64,000 bases of DNA from Candidatus Saccharimonadota bacterium (GCA_017524405.1 JAFWSJ010000014.1:65623-129622), one strand, 5' to 3'. Shown: positions 8,634 to 18,482, numbered from the stretch's first letter. Notes: a model not told the origin generated them from the sequence alone. A program made the numbers and translations.

Positions 8634-9269
8634 ATGATTAGAGAAGGCTTTTTGGCGCCGCCAGACCCAATTAACGGCCAGTTCGTCCAGCGCTTTCTCG
8701 AGTTTCATTACGAGAACGGCGCACAAAAAGATGTCGTAGAGCCCTACGAAAGTCACCTGCACTCCCTCAAGGATTTGATCGATATTTTAGAGTTCATATC
8801 AAATGCTTACCAATTAGAGTCCGATGACGAAGATTTATTACTACCTTTTACCAGAAAAGGTACCGCCGCATACCCTTTTACTTTGTCTAATCTTGACGAT
8901 TACGGGCGTGTCGCGGAGCTTTTCAACCTAAAGAACGCCACTTACAGGCGAAATTTAGGAAAAGCGGAGGAAATTTGCTTTTGGATGAAAGACAAGGATT
9001 ATCCGGGCATCATATGCCCCGTAGGTGGCATATCATATAGCGATGACGGTTTCGAGTATATGGGCGAAAGCAGGGCTAGATTGCCTCATTTCAATCTCTG
9101 GTATCGAATCCCTTTGCGGCAACTGAAGTACTTTATTCGTTTTTTCCGACGCTATCGGGACAATATCGAAGAATACTTATTACCGATTAGCTGCGACACT
9201 TATCGCACAATCGGTTACGTGCCCGCCGTGTCATCAATCCTAAAATACGACAATACTCTCCTCGAATGA
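8634..9269 (+). CDS. hypothetical protein (ORFan D)
   Basis: 211 aa. AGGAGG 7 nt upstream. No motif I recognise. Confidence 0.6.
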   Translation: MIREGFLAPPDPINGQFVQRFLEFHYENGAQKDVVEPYESHLHSLKDLIDILEFISNAYQLESDDEDLLLPFTRKGTAAYPFTLSNLDDYGRVAELFNLKNATYRRNLGKAEEICFWMKDKDYPGIICPVGGISYSDDGFEYMGESRARLPHFNLWYRIPLRQLKYFIRFFRRYRDNIEEYLLPISCDTYRTIGYVPAVSSILKYDNTLLE

Positions 9270-9284
9270 GGGGAGTATTCTTTT
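9253..9284 (+). terminator. intrinsic terminator overlapping the ORFan D stop
   Basis: ATACTCTCCTC-GAAT-GAGGGGAGTAT (1 mismatch) followed by TCTTTT. Confidence 0.55.
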
Positions 9285-9289
9285 GCCGA

Positions 9290-9315
9290 CAAAAATCCGC
9301 TCATTAAGAGCGGAT
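9290..9315 (-). terminator. intrinsic terminator of tuf
   Basis: Minus strand reads ATCCGCTC-TTAAT-GAGCGGAT followed by TTTTT, about 20 nt after the tuf stop. Confidence 0.7.
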
Positions 9316-9336
9316 TTCTGCTTACACGAGCGTTAA

Positions 9337-10518
9337 TTACTTAACAATCTTAGTAACAACACCAGAACCGACGGTGCGGCCACCTTCGCGGATAGCGAAG
9401 CGGTCATTGTCGTTCATAGCGATAGGAGCATTGAGCTTGACGCTGAAGGTGACGGTATCACCAGGCATAACAATCTCTTTGTCCTTTGGAAGTTCGACCT
9501 CACCAGTAACATCGGTGGTGCGGAAGTAGAACTGTGGCTTGTAACCGTTGGAGAATGGAGTGTGGCGACCGCCTTCTTCCTTCTTCAAGATGTAAACCTG
9601 GCCCTCAAACTCAGTATGTGGGGTGATGGAACCTGGCTTAGCAATAACCTGACCACGCTCAATCTGCTCGCGCTCAATACCGCGGAGAAGAAGACCAGCG
9701 TTGTCACCTGCCTGACCCTGATCGAGAGTCTTGTGGAAGGCCTCGATACCGGTAACGACAGACTTCTGAGTGTCCTTAAGACCGACGATTTCGACTTCGT
9801 CGTTGATGTGGACAGTACCCTGCTCGATACGACCAGTAGCAACAGTACCACGACCCTTGATGGAGAAGACATCCTCGATTGGCATCAAGAATGGCTTGTC
9901 GAGATCATGCTCTGGAATATCGAAGTATTCGTCCATAGCCTTGACGAGTTCCATGACAGCGTCTTCGTTGGCTGGATCGCCTTCGAGAGCCTTGGTTGCG
10001 GAACCCTTGATGATTGGACAGTTGCGATCGAAACCGTTCTTCTCGAGAAGGTCGCGGATATCTTCCTCGACGAGTTCGACGAGGTCAGGATCAGCGAGGT
10101 CCATCTTGTTCAAGAAGACGATGATCTTTGGAACGTTCACCTGGTGAGCGAGAAGCACGTGCTCGCGGGTCTGTGGAAGTGCACCATCGTTAGCAGCAAC
10201 GACGAGAATAGCACCATCAACCTGAGCAGCACCGGTGATCATGTTCTTAATGTAGTCGGCGTGGCCTGGCATGTCGACGTGAGCGTAGTGACGCTTCTCA
10301 GATTCGTACTCCTGGTGGGAAGTAGCGATGGTAATACCACGAGCCTTTTCCTCTGGAGCGTTGTCAATCTGATCGTAAGCGACTGGCTTGTTGATCTCGG
10401 AAGGAAGTCTCTTCGCGAGAACAGCGGTGATAGCAGCAGTCAAAGTAGTTTTACCGTGGTCAACGTGACCCATGGTACCGACATTGATATGCGGTTTGCT
10501 ACGGTCAAAATCTGCCAT
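9337..10518 (-). CDS. tuf: elongation factor Tu
   Basis: 393 aa. [22 protein letters not shown]-motifs and full-length EF-Tu-like sequence. Confidence 0.99.
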   Translation of the reverse strand: MADFDRSKPHINVGTMGHVDHGKTTLTAAITAVLAKRLPSEINKPVAYDQIDNAPEEKARGITIATSHQEYESEKRHYAHVDMPGHADYIKNMITGAAQVDGAILVVAANDGALPQTREHVLLAHQVNVPKIIVFLNKMDLADPDLVELVEEDIRDLLEKNGFDRNCPIIKGSATKALEGDPANEDAVMELVKAMDEYFDIPEHDLDKPFLMPIEDVFSIKGRGTVATGRIEQGTVHINDEVEIVGLKDTQKSVVTGIEAFHKTLDQGQAGDNAGLLLRGIEREQIERGQVIAKPGSITPHTEFEGQVYILKKEEGGRHTPFSNGYKPQFYFRTTDVTGEVELPKDKEIVMPGDTVTFSVKLNAPIAMNDNDRFAIREGGRTVGSGVVTKIVK

Positions 10519-10659
10519 AGTTTTATTATTCTCCTTATTATTTTAATAATTTTGGGCACTAATATTAACCAGCCCAAAGCTATATATGCGTATATTTTAT
10601 ACGATTACGCAAATAAAGTAAAGCGTTTTTATCTGTTTTTCTGGCCAAAATATGGGTTG

Positions 10660-10688
10660 TTGCATTTTTTACAGATTCATGCCATAAT
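10660..10688 (+). promoter_or_regulatory. sigma70-like promoter for ORFan C
   Basis: TTGCAT-N17-CATAAT (TGC precedes the -10). Confidence 0.5.
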
Positions 10689-10722
10689 AGCGCACATATA
10701 TTCCACTTTTGGAGGTGAATTT

Positions 10723-11292
10723 ATGGCACATTTAGAACTCTACAGCCCTAGCGATTTCTGCGATCCCGAAGTGCAACCTCACGAGCCCGGTTTCGTCATT
10801 GAGTTTACTCCCTCGGATTTTATCGATGAGGCTTGTTACTCATTTTCCGTAAGCAGCACAGACGGTGAAGACTCATATAGCTACGTATTCCTCGATAGTC
10901 TTGAGTCTGTTGCTGAATTTTTATCTGAGTCCGGAGACATTCGTAGAACTCTCGTACGTGCCGGAATTATTTCGAAGGATTTTGACGAAAAGGACCCAAA
11001 GTTCAAGGACGACCTGAACGTCATTACGTTCGTAGTGAACTCCGACTCCGACCCGTCTAAGCAGCTCATCGGGATCTATCTCTACAAGGATTCTATCAGG
11101 TTCATGATTGGCGACGAGCCGCATCTCGTCAGCCCGGCTTCCGTTATCATCGAAATACCAAATGATAAGAGGCTTCTGCTTCGCGTTAAGAATCCTGACG
11201 AGATCGGATACGATCCAATGGTCTTCGAGGTCCAAGACGATGTCTGTTGCGGAAAATGCGAAAATTGCGATTGCGGTTACAGCGGTAGCTAA
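10723..11292 (+). CDS. hypothetical protein with Cys-rich C-terminus (ORFan C)
   Basis: ATG 10723 follows TGGAGGTG. Only the 3' third of the 9562-11292 ORF is used, since the rest is antisense to tuf. Ends in VCCGKCENCDCGYSGS. Confidence 0.55.
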   Translation: MAHLELYSPSDFCDPEVQPHEPGFVIEFTPSDFIDEACYSFSVSSTDGEDSYSYVFLDSLESVAEFLSESGDIRRTLVRAGIISKDFDEKDPKFKDDLNVITFVVNSDSDPSKQLIGIYLYKDSIRFMIGDEPHLVSPASVIIEIPNDKRLLLRVKNPDEIGYDPMVFEVQDDVCCGKCENCDCGYSGS

Positions 11293-11339
11293 GGCATTTA
11301 TAAAGAGCTCGCCGTCTAAGGCGGGCTTTTTGACGCTCT

Positions 11340-11367
11340 TTGACTTTTCCCCAGTTTGTGCTATAGT
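11340..11367 (+). promoter_or_regulatory. sigma70 promoter for ORFans E-F
   Basis: TTGACT-N16-TATAGT with TGC before the -10. Confidence 0.6.
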
Positions 11368-11419
11368 ATGAAGATATTAAACAGTACGCGTAGCACTGTC
11401 GCACATTAGGAGGTTTACT

Positions 11420-12643
11420 ATGAGCTACCAGAAAAATCCAGTCGAAGTTACTCCAAATTTCTTCGAGACACACGCAAAAGTCGTCACGGCAATCCCGCCG
11501 ACCGAAGTTCCAACAATGGGCGGACGAGGAGGTTTAACAAAAGCTAAACTGAATTCTTCAGACCAGAAGCTGAGTCGCCACATTATCTTTTCGGACGTGG
11601 ACCGATTCATTACCAAGGAGTTGAAAGATATTATCGAGGAAAATAATCTGTTTGCTTTTGGCTATTCATACAACTGCATGAATCAGTCCGAACATGTTCG
11701 TATTATTATTACGAACCTTCGGAAGATTGTGCTGAAATGGTATAGCGAAAGCAATTGGGCATTCCTCAGTATCTCACAGCCTAGCCCCAATAGCTATGTC
11801 GGTATGATCGAGTATAGCAATTGCGGTAAGTATAGGGTCTTTAACTACGGAGATCACTCCATCGTTATCCCCAACCCTAGCGATTCGAAAAAGGATATCT
11901 ACATGTTTGATTGCTCTCGCTTTATGCTTGTCGATAAAGACGTAAAAGTTTGCGAGTATAACAAGGAGAAAGGCCAACGTGTCGCAATTCCTGGCATGGA
12001 ATTCCAGATCGCAGACGACAGAGGCCTACATCTACTTGCAGAAGAGCTTAAATCCTACATCGAACATGTCAAAAAGTCCGGCTCTCCACTAGAGGGCCTT
12101 GCGGGAGAAAGCATCTTTGTTACGCCCGAGAGTTATATTTCTGTAACGAAAGATATGCTCGCCGGCTCTGGCGGATATGTCAATATCTTGCCGGATTACG
12201 AAAAAGTCGGAAGCGATAGCTATCCGAAAAATTGGCCGATCGCGCGCATTATCAAAGATATTTCGCCTTTCGTCCCAGAGGAATTCTCGAAATACTTGAA
12301 AGCGAGAGGGTCGAAGTATTTAACGTTTGCGGTCGACAACGGTGTTCATCCGTCAATGCCGACAAATATCCCTTCCGTTTCGGTCGTCGTAACGCCCCTC
12401 GAATCAGTCAGCGTTGGCATTACCGTCGGTTATCGAGTCATCGTGCAGGCAGCTGAGGCAAAACACGGCGAAGTTAAGTTCTATCGTTGCCCTCTGCTTG
12501 GAGGCTATAGCGTCTATATGAAAGGTAAGTGCTTAGGGCATGACTTCAATGGCTTTTACGACGTTTCTAAGAAAGGTGTCGAAATTAGCAACGATAACGG
12601 TTTTACTATCCTCGAATGCAATATGCGTCGCGGAAATCTTTAG
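11420..12643 (+). CDS. hypothetical protein (ORFan E), apparently two copies of an F-like module
   Basis: 407 aa. AGGAGG 7 nt upstream. Segments FITKELKDIIEENNLFAFGYSY and FVPEEFSKYLKARGSKYLTFAVDN resemble YVPPEICRIIERTGYFAFVEKTY in F. Confidence 0.6.
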   Translation: MSYQKNPVEVTPNFFETHAKVVTAIPPTEVPTMGGRGGLTKAKLNSSDQKLSRHIIFSDVDRFITKELKDIIEENNLFAFGYSYNCMNQSEHVRIIITNLRKIVLKWYSESNWAFLSISQPSPNSYVGMIEYSNCGKYRVFNYGDHSIVIPNPSDSKKDIYMFDCSRFMLVDKDVKVCEYNKEKGQRVAIPGMEFQIADDRGLHLLAEELKSYIEHVKKSGSPLEGLAGESIFVTPESYISVTKDMLAGSGGYVNILPDYEKVGSDSYPKNWPIARIIKDISPFVPEEFSKYLKARGSKYLTFAVDNGVHPSMPTNIPSVSVVVTPLESVSVGITVGYRVIVQAAEAKHGEVKFYRCPLLGGYSVYMKGKCLGHDFNGFYDVSKKGVEISNDNGFTILECNMRRGNL

Positions 12644-12659
12644 TCTAGGAGGTGCTACC

Positions 12660-13250
12660 ATGAAAAAAGACGACAAGATCACTATTAGCCAGAGCATGCT
12701 AAAGAGACATGGCGGAACTTTTAAGCTTCTAGATTGCGGGCCGTTCCAGACGTCGCGATCCAAGGCTTACGTTTCGGATTATACACCCTATGTCCCACCC
12801 GAAATCTGCAGGATCATCGAGAGAACAGGCTATTTCGCTTTCGTAGAGAAGACTTATTATGGCGGCATGGACGGCACGAATCCCGCTCTAACAGCCGTCA
12901 AGCTCGTCATCTGCCCGAAGGGCCGCTGGACAATCGCGAAGCAATACGAAAACGCAGATCCCCAATCCAAGGCTAAGACCGATTATGCCTTATGGGTCTG
13001 GGGCGTCGAAGGAAAACCGGTCTATTTTAGCTTGGAGTTTGACCTGCAACATACTTATTCCGTCTTTTCTTCCGAGGACCTTTCTTGCGGCACATCTAAT
13101 GTACTGCTGCATGGTTGGTATTCTGACGTCAATGAGCATTGTACTCTCGAGGAAGCAATCGAGACGCATAAGGACTTCGAGTTTGAAAATCCGTCCGGAT
13201 ATAACGCACTGCTCTTAGCGCTATATCGCTACGCTTTCACTCATCCGTGA
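12660..13250 (+). CDS. hypothetical protein (ORFan F)
   Basis: ATG 12660 follows AGGAGGTG, 17 nt after the E stop. 196 aa. Confidence 0.6.
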   Translation: MKKDDKITISQSMLKRHGGTFKLLDCGPFQTSRSKAYVSDYTPYVPPEICRIIERTGYFAFVEKTYYGGMDGTNPALTAVKLVICPKGRWTIAKQYENADPQSKAKTDYALWVWGVEGKPVYFSLEFDLQHTYSVFSSEDLSCGTSNVLLHGWYSDVNEHCTLEEAIETHKDFEFENPSGYNALLLALYRYAFTHP

Positions 13251-13257
13251 ACCAATC

Positions 13258-13293
13258 AAAAAATCCACCCCTTTTAACAAGAGGTGGATTTTT
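13258..13293. terminator. bidirectional intrinsic terminator between ORFan F and fusA
   Basis: AAAAA-ATCCACCCC...GAGGTGGAT-TTTT hairpin flanked by an A-run and a T-run, between convergent genes. Confidence 0.7.
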
Positions 13294-13303
13294 CTTGCTT
13301 TGC

Positions 13304-15397
13304 TTATTTAGCGTTGCGCTTCTCTATGATCTCAGCAGAGATGTTTGGTGGGACTTCCTCGTAACCGAAGAGCTCCATCGTGGAAGCTGCACGGCCCTGG
13401 GACATACCGCGGAGATCCGAAGTATAGCCAAACATGTTTGCTAGAGGCACGAAGCCAGTGATAACCTTGACGCCATTGTCGCGGTCTTCCATCGAATCGA
13501 TGCGGCCACGGCGGCTGTTAAGGTCGCCGATAACATCACCCATGAAGTCTTCTGGGGTGGTGATTTCAATCTTCATAATAGGCTCGAGGAGCACTGGTTT
13601 TGCCTTCTTGATACCTTCGCGAGTTGCAAGGACACCAGCGAGGTGGAATGCGAGCTCGGAGGAGTCGACATCGTGGTAGCTACCATCATAGAGCGTAGCC
13701 TTGACATCGAGCACTGGGTAACCAGCAATAACACCGCCTTCGAGGGTTTCCTTGATACCTTCCATGACTGGCTTGCGATATTCGAGAGGGACAACGCCGC
13801 CCTTGATAGCATCGACGAATTCGAAGCCCTTGCCAGCTTCGTTTGGTTCGAACTTGACCCAAACGTCACCGTACTGACCACGACCACCGGACTGCTTGAT
13901 GTGCTTACCCTGAGCTTCTGCGCTGCCGCGAATAGTCTCACGGTAGGCAACCTGCGGCTCACCAGTGTTACATTCGACGTTAAACTCGCGCTTCAAGCGG
14001 TCAATAATGATATCGAGGTGAAGCTCGCCCATACCGGAAATAATGGTCTGGCCGGTTTCTTCGTCAGTGTGAACACGGAAAGTTGGATCCTCTTCTGCGA
14101 GCTTGCCGAGGCCGATACCCATCTTTTCCTGGTCAGCCTTAGACTTTGGCTCAACAGCAATAGACACTGGAGGATCTGGGAAGTCGATAGACTCGAGATG
14201 AATTGGATGTGCTGGATCGCAGAGCGTGGTACCAGTAGTGGTATCCTTGAGACCTACGACAGCGGCAATATCGCCGGCGCCGACAGACTCGATGTCTTCG
14301 CGCTTGTCTGCAAACATACGAACGAGACGACCAACGCGCTCTTTTTCGCCCGTAGTAGCGTTAAGAATGTAGCTACCGGAGCTGAGCTTACCAGAGTAAA
14401 CGCGAATAAAGATAAGCTTACCGACGAATGGATCGGTTGCAATCTTGAATGCGAGTGCGGTAAGTGGTTCGGATTCATCGCTATGGCGAACGATGTCTTC
14501 GCCGGTCTTAGGATTCTTGCCAAGAATGGCAGGAATATCAGTAGGGGCTGGTAGGAAGTCGGTAACGAGGTCGAGAACCTTCTCAACGATAACACCGCGG
14601 CCATCGCCACCGGTGACTAGGAAGAACTGACCATCGATAACACGCTTGCGTAGAGCTTTCTTGAGTTCGTCCTCAGTAATAGCTTCTTCGCCTTCGCTAA
14701 AGTACTTTTCCATCAATGCTTCGTCTGCCTGAACAGCTTCCTCGACGAGCATAGAGCGATAATTCTTTGCCTTCTCAACCATGTCAGCTGGGATATCACC
14801 CTCAACGAGCTCATGGTCTGCGTAATCCTTGTAGGTGTAGGCCTTCATAGTGATGAGGTCGACAACGCCGCAGATATCCTTCTCGAAGCCGATTGGGAGA
14901 TGAATTGCAAAGGCGTTCTTCGAAAGACGCTTGTGAATAGACTCGAGAGACTTGTAGAAGTCGCCACCGATCTGATTGATCTTGTTAATAAAGCAGACGC
15001 GTGGAACGCCGTACTTATCGGCCTGGCGCCAAACCGTCTCGGACTGAGCCTCGACGCCCATCTTACCATCGAAGACCACGACTGCGCCGTCGAGAACGCG
15101 AAGCGAGCGCTCAACCTCAGCAGTAAAGTCGATGTGTCCCGGGGTGTCGATAATGTTAATCTTGTGACCCTTCCAGTAGGCGGTAACAGCTGCGGAGGTA
15201 ATGGTAATACCACGCTCCTTTTCCTGTTCCATCCAGTCGGTCGTAGCACCACCGGTGTCGCCCTTAACTAGGTCAATTTTGTGTTTGAGACCCGTGCGAT
15301 AAAGAATCGCCTCAGAGGTCGTCGTCTTGCCCGCGTCGATATGCGCGATAATACCGATATTGCGGTACTTGGACAAGTCTGTAACTTTTTCTGCCAT
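13304..15397 (-). CDS. fusA: elongation factor G
   Basis: 697 aa. [23 protein letters not shown]-motifs and full-length EF-G-like sequence. Confidence 0.99.
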   Translation of the reverse strand: MAEKVTDLSKYRNIGIIAHIDAGKTTTSEAILYRTGLKHKIDLVKGDTGGATTDWMEQEKERGITITSAAVTAYWKGHKINIIDTPGHIDFTAEVERSLRVLDGAVVVFDGKMGVEAQSETVWRQADKYGVPRVCFINKINQIGGDFYKSLESIHKRLSKNAFAIHLPIGFEKDICGVVDLITMKAYTYKDYADHELVEGDIPADMVEKAKNYRSMLVEEAVQADEALMEKYFSEGEEAITEDELKKALRKRVIDGQFFLVTGGDGRGVIVEKVLDLVTDFLPAPTDIPAILGKNPKTGEDIVRHSDESEPLTALAFKIATDPFVGKLIFIRVYSGKLSSGSYILNATTGEKERVGRLVRMFADKREDIESVGAGDIAAVVGLKDTTTGTTLCDPAHPIHLESIDFPDPPVSIAVEPKSKADQEKMGIGLGKLAEEDPTFRVHTDEETGQTIISGMGELHLDIIIDRLKREFNVECNTGEPQVAYRETIRGSAEAQGKHIKQSGGRGQYGDVWVKFEPNEAGKGFEFVDAIKGGVVPLEYRKPVMEGIKETLEGGVIAGYPVLDVKATLYDGSYHDVDSSELAFHLAGVLATREGIKKAKPVLLEPIMKIEITTPEDFMGDVIGDLNSRRGRIDSMEDRDNGVKVITGFVPLANMFGYTSDLRGMSQGRAASTMELFGYEEVPPNISAEIIEKRNAK

Positions 15398-15462
15398 ATT
15401 TTCCTTTATTATTTAATAATTTTAAGCATTAGTAATAATAGCCCCTAAGTGCTTTGGAGAAT

Positions 15463-15492
15463 ATTTTAGCATATTTTTCACTCTTGACGCAA
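15463..15492 (-). promoter_or_regulatory. own promoter of fusA
   Basis: Minus strand reads TTGCGT-N18-TAAAAT with TGC before the -10, about 60 nt upstream of the fusA ATG. Confidence 0.55.
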
Positions 15493-15566
15493 GGGGTATC
15501 AGGCGCGCTTGATTAGAGCCCAATTTTGTGTTATATTTCTGTCTTATATTTTGAGCACTACATTGT

Positions 15567-15589
15567 TAGTTCTTTAGAAAGAAGGTGAT
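15567..15589 (+). repeat. 23-nt leader element, copy 1 (identical copy at 37453-37475)
   Basis: TAGTTCTTTAGAAAGAAGGTGAT. Contains inverted hexamers TTCTTT/AAAGAA and the SD AAGGTG. Confidence 0.9.
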
Positions 15590-15593
15590 TTAT

Positions 15594-16220
15594 TTGGCAA
15601 AAGGACCCCGATTGACCGAAAACAAGGAATTACGAGTCGTTGACCCGCTTCTTAGAGAAAGTGAAACTTTCATGGATTTCTTGGATTCTATAATCAAAAT
15701 CGTCAAGAACGAGTTTGGCGAATTAGGACTTCGATACCCGCGTTACGATTTCGACGCTAATATCCTGATTAGTATTCGCGACATGGGAAATGACTTTCAG
15801 ACCTGCGAGATTTGGCTCTTCCGCGGAAGCAACAACGGAACCAAGCCCCACGAGCATAAGCCACGAAACGACAGCGTCAAATTCTATTTCGTACCGAACC
15901 ACGAAAAGAAGTTCGAGATCGTCCTGAGTATTTGGCTAGAAGAAAGAAAAGGCTGCGACGCACAAGCGGTTGACTTCGGATACGAGCTCGAACCGCGTAT
16001 AATTCGAGCTTATATCAAGAGCTTGCCGGACGTGAGAACATCGAATATCGCAAGATACGATACTGCGTTTAGCGTCATCATGCATCATAGCCCCATTAAA
16101 TTCGAAACCACAACTGAGCTCCACGCGTATGGCGCTAAATATGGCTTCGACTATGAGGGATCGAGCACGCTACTTAAAAACGTACGTATTAGCGTAAATC
16201 AGAAAGGCGGTCGCGTCTAG
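15594..16220 (+). CDS. hypothetical protein (ORFan G)
   Basis: TTG 15594 chosen by analogy with 37479: same leader, and both open M-A-K. In-frame GTG 15585 is the ORF-track alternative. Confidence 0.55.
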   Translation: MAKGPRLTENKELRVVDPLLRESETFMDFLDSIIKIVKNEFGELGLRYPRYDFDANILISIRDMGNDFQTCEIWLFRGSNNGTKPHEHKPRNDSVKFYFVPNHEKKFEIVLSIWLEERKGCDAQAVDFGYELEPRIIRAYIKSLPDVRTSNIARYDTAFSVIMHHSPIKFETTTELHAYGAKYGFDYEGSSTLLKNVRISVNQKGGRV

Positions 16221-16242
16221 TAAAATCACAAGTTTCAGAACG

Positions 16243-16270
16243 GCCCCGCACTTGATGCGGGGCTTGTTTT
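16243..16270 (+). terminator. intrinsic terminator after ORFan G
   Basis: GCCCCGCA-CTTGA-TGCGGGGC followed by TTGTTTT. The hairpin is nearly identical to the one at 17026-17045. Confidence 0.7.
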
Positions 16271-16327
16271 ATGTTATAATACGCGCATCGCAGAGATGCG
16301 AAATCGTTCTTTGAAAGGGGTAACAAC

Positions 16328-17020
16328 ATGCTCAATATTAGACATGATGGCAAAGTTCATACGCTATACAAGTTCGCATCAGATGGCGGACGCATAATGG
16401 ACACGAATGACAGAGATGGCAACTTCGGAAAATGCACAAAAGAGTTTTTAAGTCAGTTCGCAGATGCGGTAGAAAACAACCTCAGGATAATCGAGGAACA
16501 GAAAAACTTGAAGATATTTACCTTCTCGATCATACTCGATCTCCCGGAGGACCCTTTTTCTGTAACCAGATCCTCGATCATGAGAATCTATCGCTATGTT
16601 GATGGAGCCGACAAAGGCGGTTTTCTTCTCTCGACCGTCGATAGAAAAAGATTAGTAATACCGCTCTTTAATGGAGCCAACGATTTCGACAAAGTCCTCA
16701 TCGAACGCATTCAGTGTTCATTAGAAACCGATTGCAACGAACAGGACAAGGTAACTCGCTTGGCTGCAGAATTGGTATTGCGCTCTATCTCGGACGTAAT
16801 GATTGCGCGCCAGCTTGAATCTGAGGTCAGCGTCGCCGTGGCGTATATCATGTGCCGTTGGGACCCATTCCTTATCACGAGCCTCACGAGCGATTACTGC
16901 GCGATTTATGGCTGCGATAAGGTGTTCGACGTACTCAAGGCCTTCGATCTCCTCTGTAACAGAGGCCGAATAAAAATCGACAATTCCGGCAAAAACTTCA
17001 TTGCTTTGAGTTCTGTTTAA
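16328..17020 (+). CDS. hypothetical protein (ORFan H)
   Basis: 230 aa. GAAAGGGG 7 nt upstream and TGTTATAAT at 16272-16280. Confidence 0.6.
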   Translation: MLNIRHDGKVHTLYKFASDGGRIMDTNDRDGNFGKCTKEFLSQFADAVENNLRIIEEQKNLKIFTFSIILDLPEDPFSVTRSSIMRIYRYVDGADKGGFLLSTVDRKRLVIPLFNGANDFDKVLIERIQCSLETDCNEQDKVTRLAAELVLRSISDVMIARQLESEVSVAVAYIMCRWDPFLITSLTSDYCAIYGCDKVFDVLKAFDLLCNRGRIKIDNSGKNFIALSSV

Positions 17021-17025
17021 ATAAT

Positions 17026-17053
17026 GCCCCGCACTTGGTGCGGGGTCATTTTT
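17026..17053. terminator. terminator hairpin shared by convergent ORFan H and the GH13 gene
   Basis: GCCCCGCA-CTTGG-TGCGGGG followed by TCATTTTT. It fills the 31-nt convergent gap. Confidence 0.65.
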
Positions 17054-18470
17054 ATACCTTGATTACAATTTCGCCTTTGTCATCTATAAGCGTTGATTTG
17101 GTTTTGCCCGTAAAGTCGAGGTGGACTTTGTATATCTTACTGTTTAGATGGCGCTCAAAATCGAAGATGCCACCTTTTGTAATCTTATTCACTTTCAGCT
17201 TGCCGTCGGCGATAACTGGATCGCTACGCCAAAGCTCGATGAGGCGCGAGTAGAAGTTTAGAACGGATTCTTCGCGGGCACCCTGAAGGATGTATTCACC
17301 CCAGTTAATCGGCTGACGAGCGTTATCGCGCGACGTGAGCTTGACGATACGCATCGCCTCTTCCTTCGTCTTGCCTTTGCGTCGTAGACGGCGATAAACC
17401 TGCCGTGACTGGATGCCTGGGTAGTCTTGGATATTGTTACTTAGCTCAGCATTCTCAGTCCCGAGTTCCTGCCCCTGATATATACATGGGTTATAGCTCG
17501 GTAGTAGAAACTGAAGCATAGCTAGGATGCGCGGATCGGTATGGAAGCGGCTCGGCGCACGCGGCGCATCATGCGACTCAAAGGCAATCGAAAACTTCGG
17601 CTCAGGCGCCCATTCGGAGAGCTTCTTGAGCCATTTTTTGTATCTAATCGGATAGACTTTATCCTTCTTGCTGAAGAATGAGTCCGCTATATCTAGCGTG
17701 CCGACATTGAAGCTGGCGCTAAATGCCCGTTTTGTCAGCTCGTGAAATTTTCGCTTACTAAAGAATTCGCCCCCGACCGGCTCGGCAATCGTATAACATT
17801 TGCGCTTCGCAAAGAGGCGCTCAAGAATCTTCACGGTCTTTGGCTTTTGGTAATAGTGGAAGAAGCCCGGTAGGCCCGGAATACGCCCCTTTTTTAGATC
17901 CGATTCAGCGAGGACATTAGCTGAGTCGACGCGAAAGCCCGCTGCGCCATTCGCAAGCCAAAAATCCACGATATTTTCGAATTCCTTGACGACCCGAGGA
18001 TTATTGAAGTTTAGATCTGGCTGCGTCTTATCATAGAGGTGAAGATAATACTCGTCTCGCTGGGCGGAATAATCGAAGGCTGGGCCACCAAAGAACGAAC
18101 GCCAGTTGAGCGGGCGGTCGAGCCAAACATAATAGTTCTTATATTCCGGATCATGCTGCTCGGAGAGCTTGAACCATTCGTGCTGGTCGCTAGTATGATT
18201 TAGGACAAGGTCAACCAAGATTCCGATATGATATTTTTCGGCCACTTTTACGAGATGGTGAAAATCCTGCATTTTGCCAAAGCGCGGCTCGATGCGGTAA
18301 TAATTCGATACATCATATCCGCCATCGTTCCATGGGCTCTCAAAAAACGGATTGAGCCAGATGTAGTCTGGATGAAGTTTCTCGGCAATTCGCGGTATAA
18401 TTGCCGCGATATCTCTCAGGTCGCCCACCGAAGAAGGATAGATTTGATAGATAAGCGTATGCTTATTCAT
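17052..18470 (-). CDS. GH13 alpha-glucosidase / oligo-1,6-glucosidase-like enzyme
   Basis: 472 aa. GH13 regions DLVLNHTS, GFRVDSA, AEPVG, FESHDAPR. Confidence 0.9.
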   Translation of the reverse strand: MNKHTLIYQIYPSSVGDLRDIAAIIPRIAEKLHPDYIWLNPFFESPWNDGGYDVSNYYRIEPRFGKMQDFHHLVKVAEKYHIGILVDLVLNHTSDQHEWFKLSEQHDPEYKNYYVWLDRPLNWRSFFGGPAFDYSAQRDEYYLHLYDKTQPDLNFNNPRVVKEFENIVDFWLANGAAGFRVDSANVLAESDLKKGRIPGLPGFFHYYQKPKTVKILERLFAKRKCYTIAEPVGGEFFSKRKFHELTKRAFSASFNVGTLDIADSFFSKKDKVYPIRYKKWLKKLSEWAPEPKFSIAFESHDAPRAPSRFHTDPRILAMLQFLLPSYNPCIYQGQELGTENAELSNNIQDYPGIQSRQVYRRLRRKGKTKEEAMRIVKLTSRDNARQPINWGEYILQGAREESVLNFYSRLIELWRSDPVIADGKLKVNKITKGGIFDFERHLNSKIYKVHLDFTGKTKSTLIDDKGEIVIKV

Positions 18471-18482
18471 ACCTTCATTATA
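18468..18482 (-). promoter_or_regulatory. -10 box 6 nt from the ATG (predicted leaderless GH13 mRNA)
   Basis: Minus strand reads TATAAT-GAAGGT-ATG. Confidence 0.55.

Noticed and set aside
9562-10722. 5' two-thirds of the 576-aa + strand ORF 9562-11292
   Set aside because: This part is antisense to tuf. A good SD and ATG occur only at 10723, after the tuf start, so only 10723-11292 was kept as a gene.
13643-14554. 303-aa + strand ORF, plus several 60-150-aa ORFs on both strands, inside fusA
   Set aside because: These are shadow ORFs of the EF-G gene, and none has translation signals.
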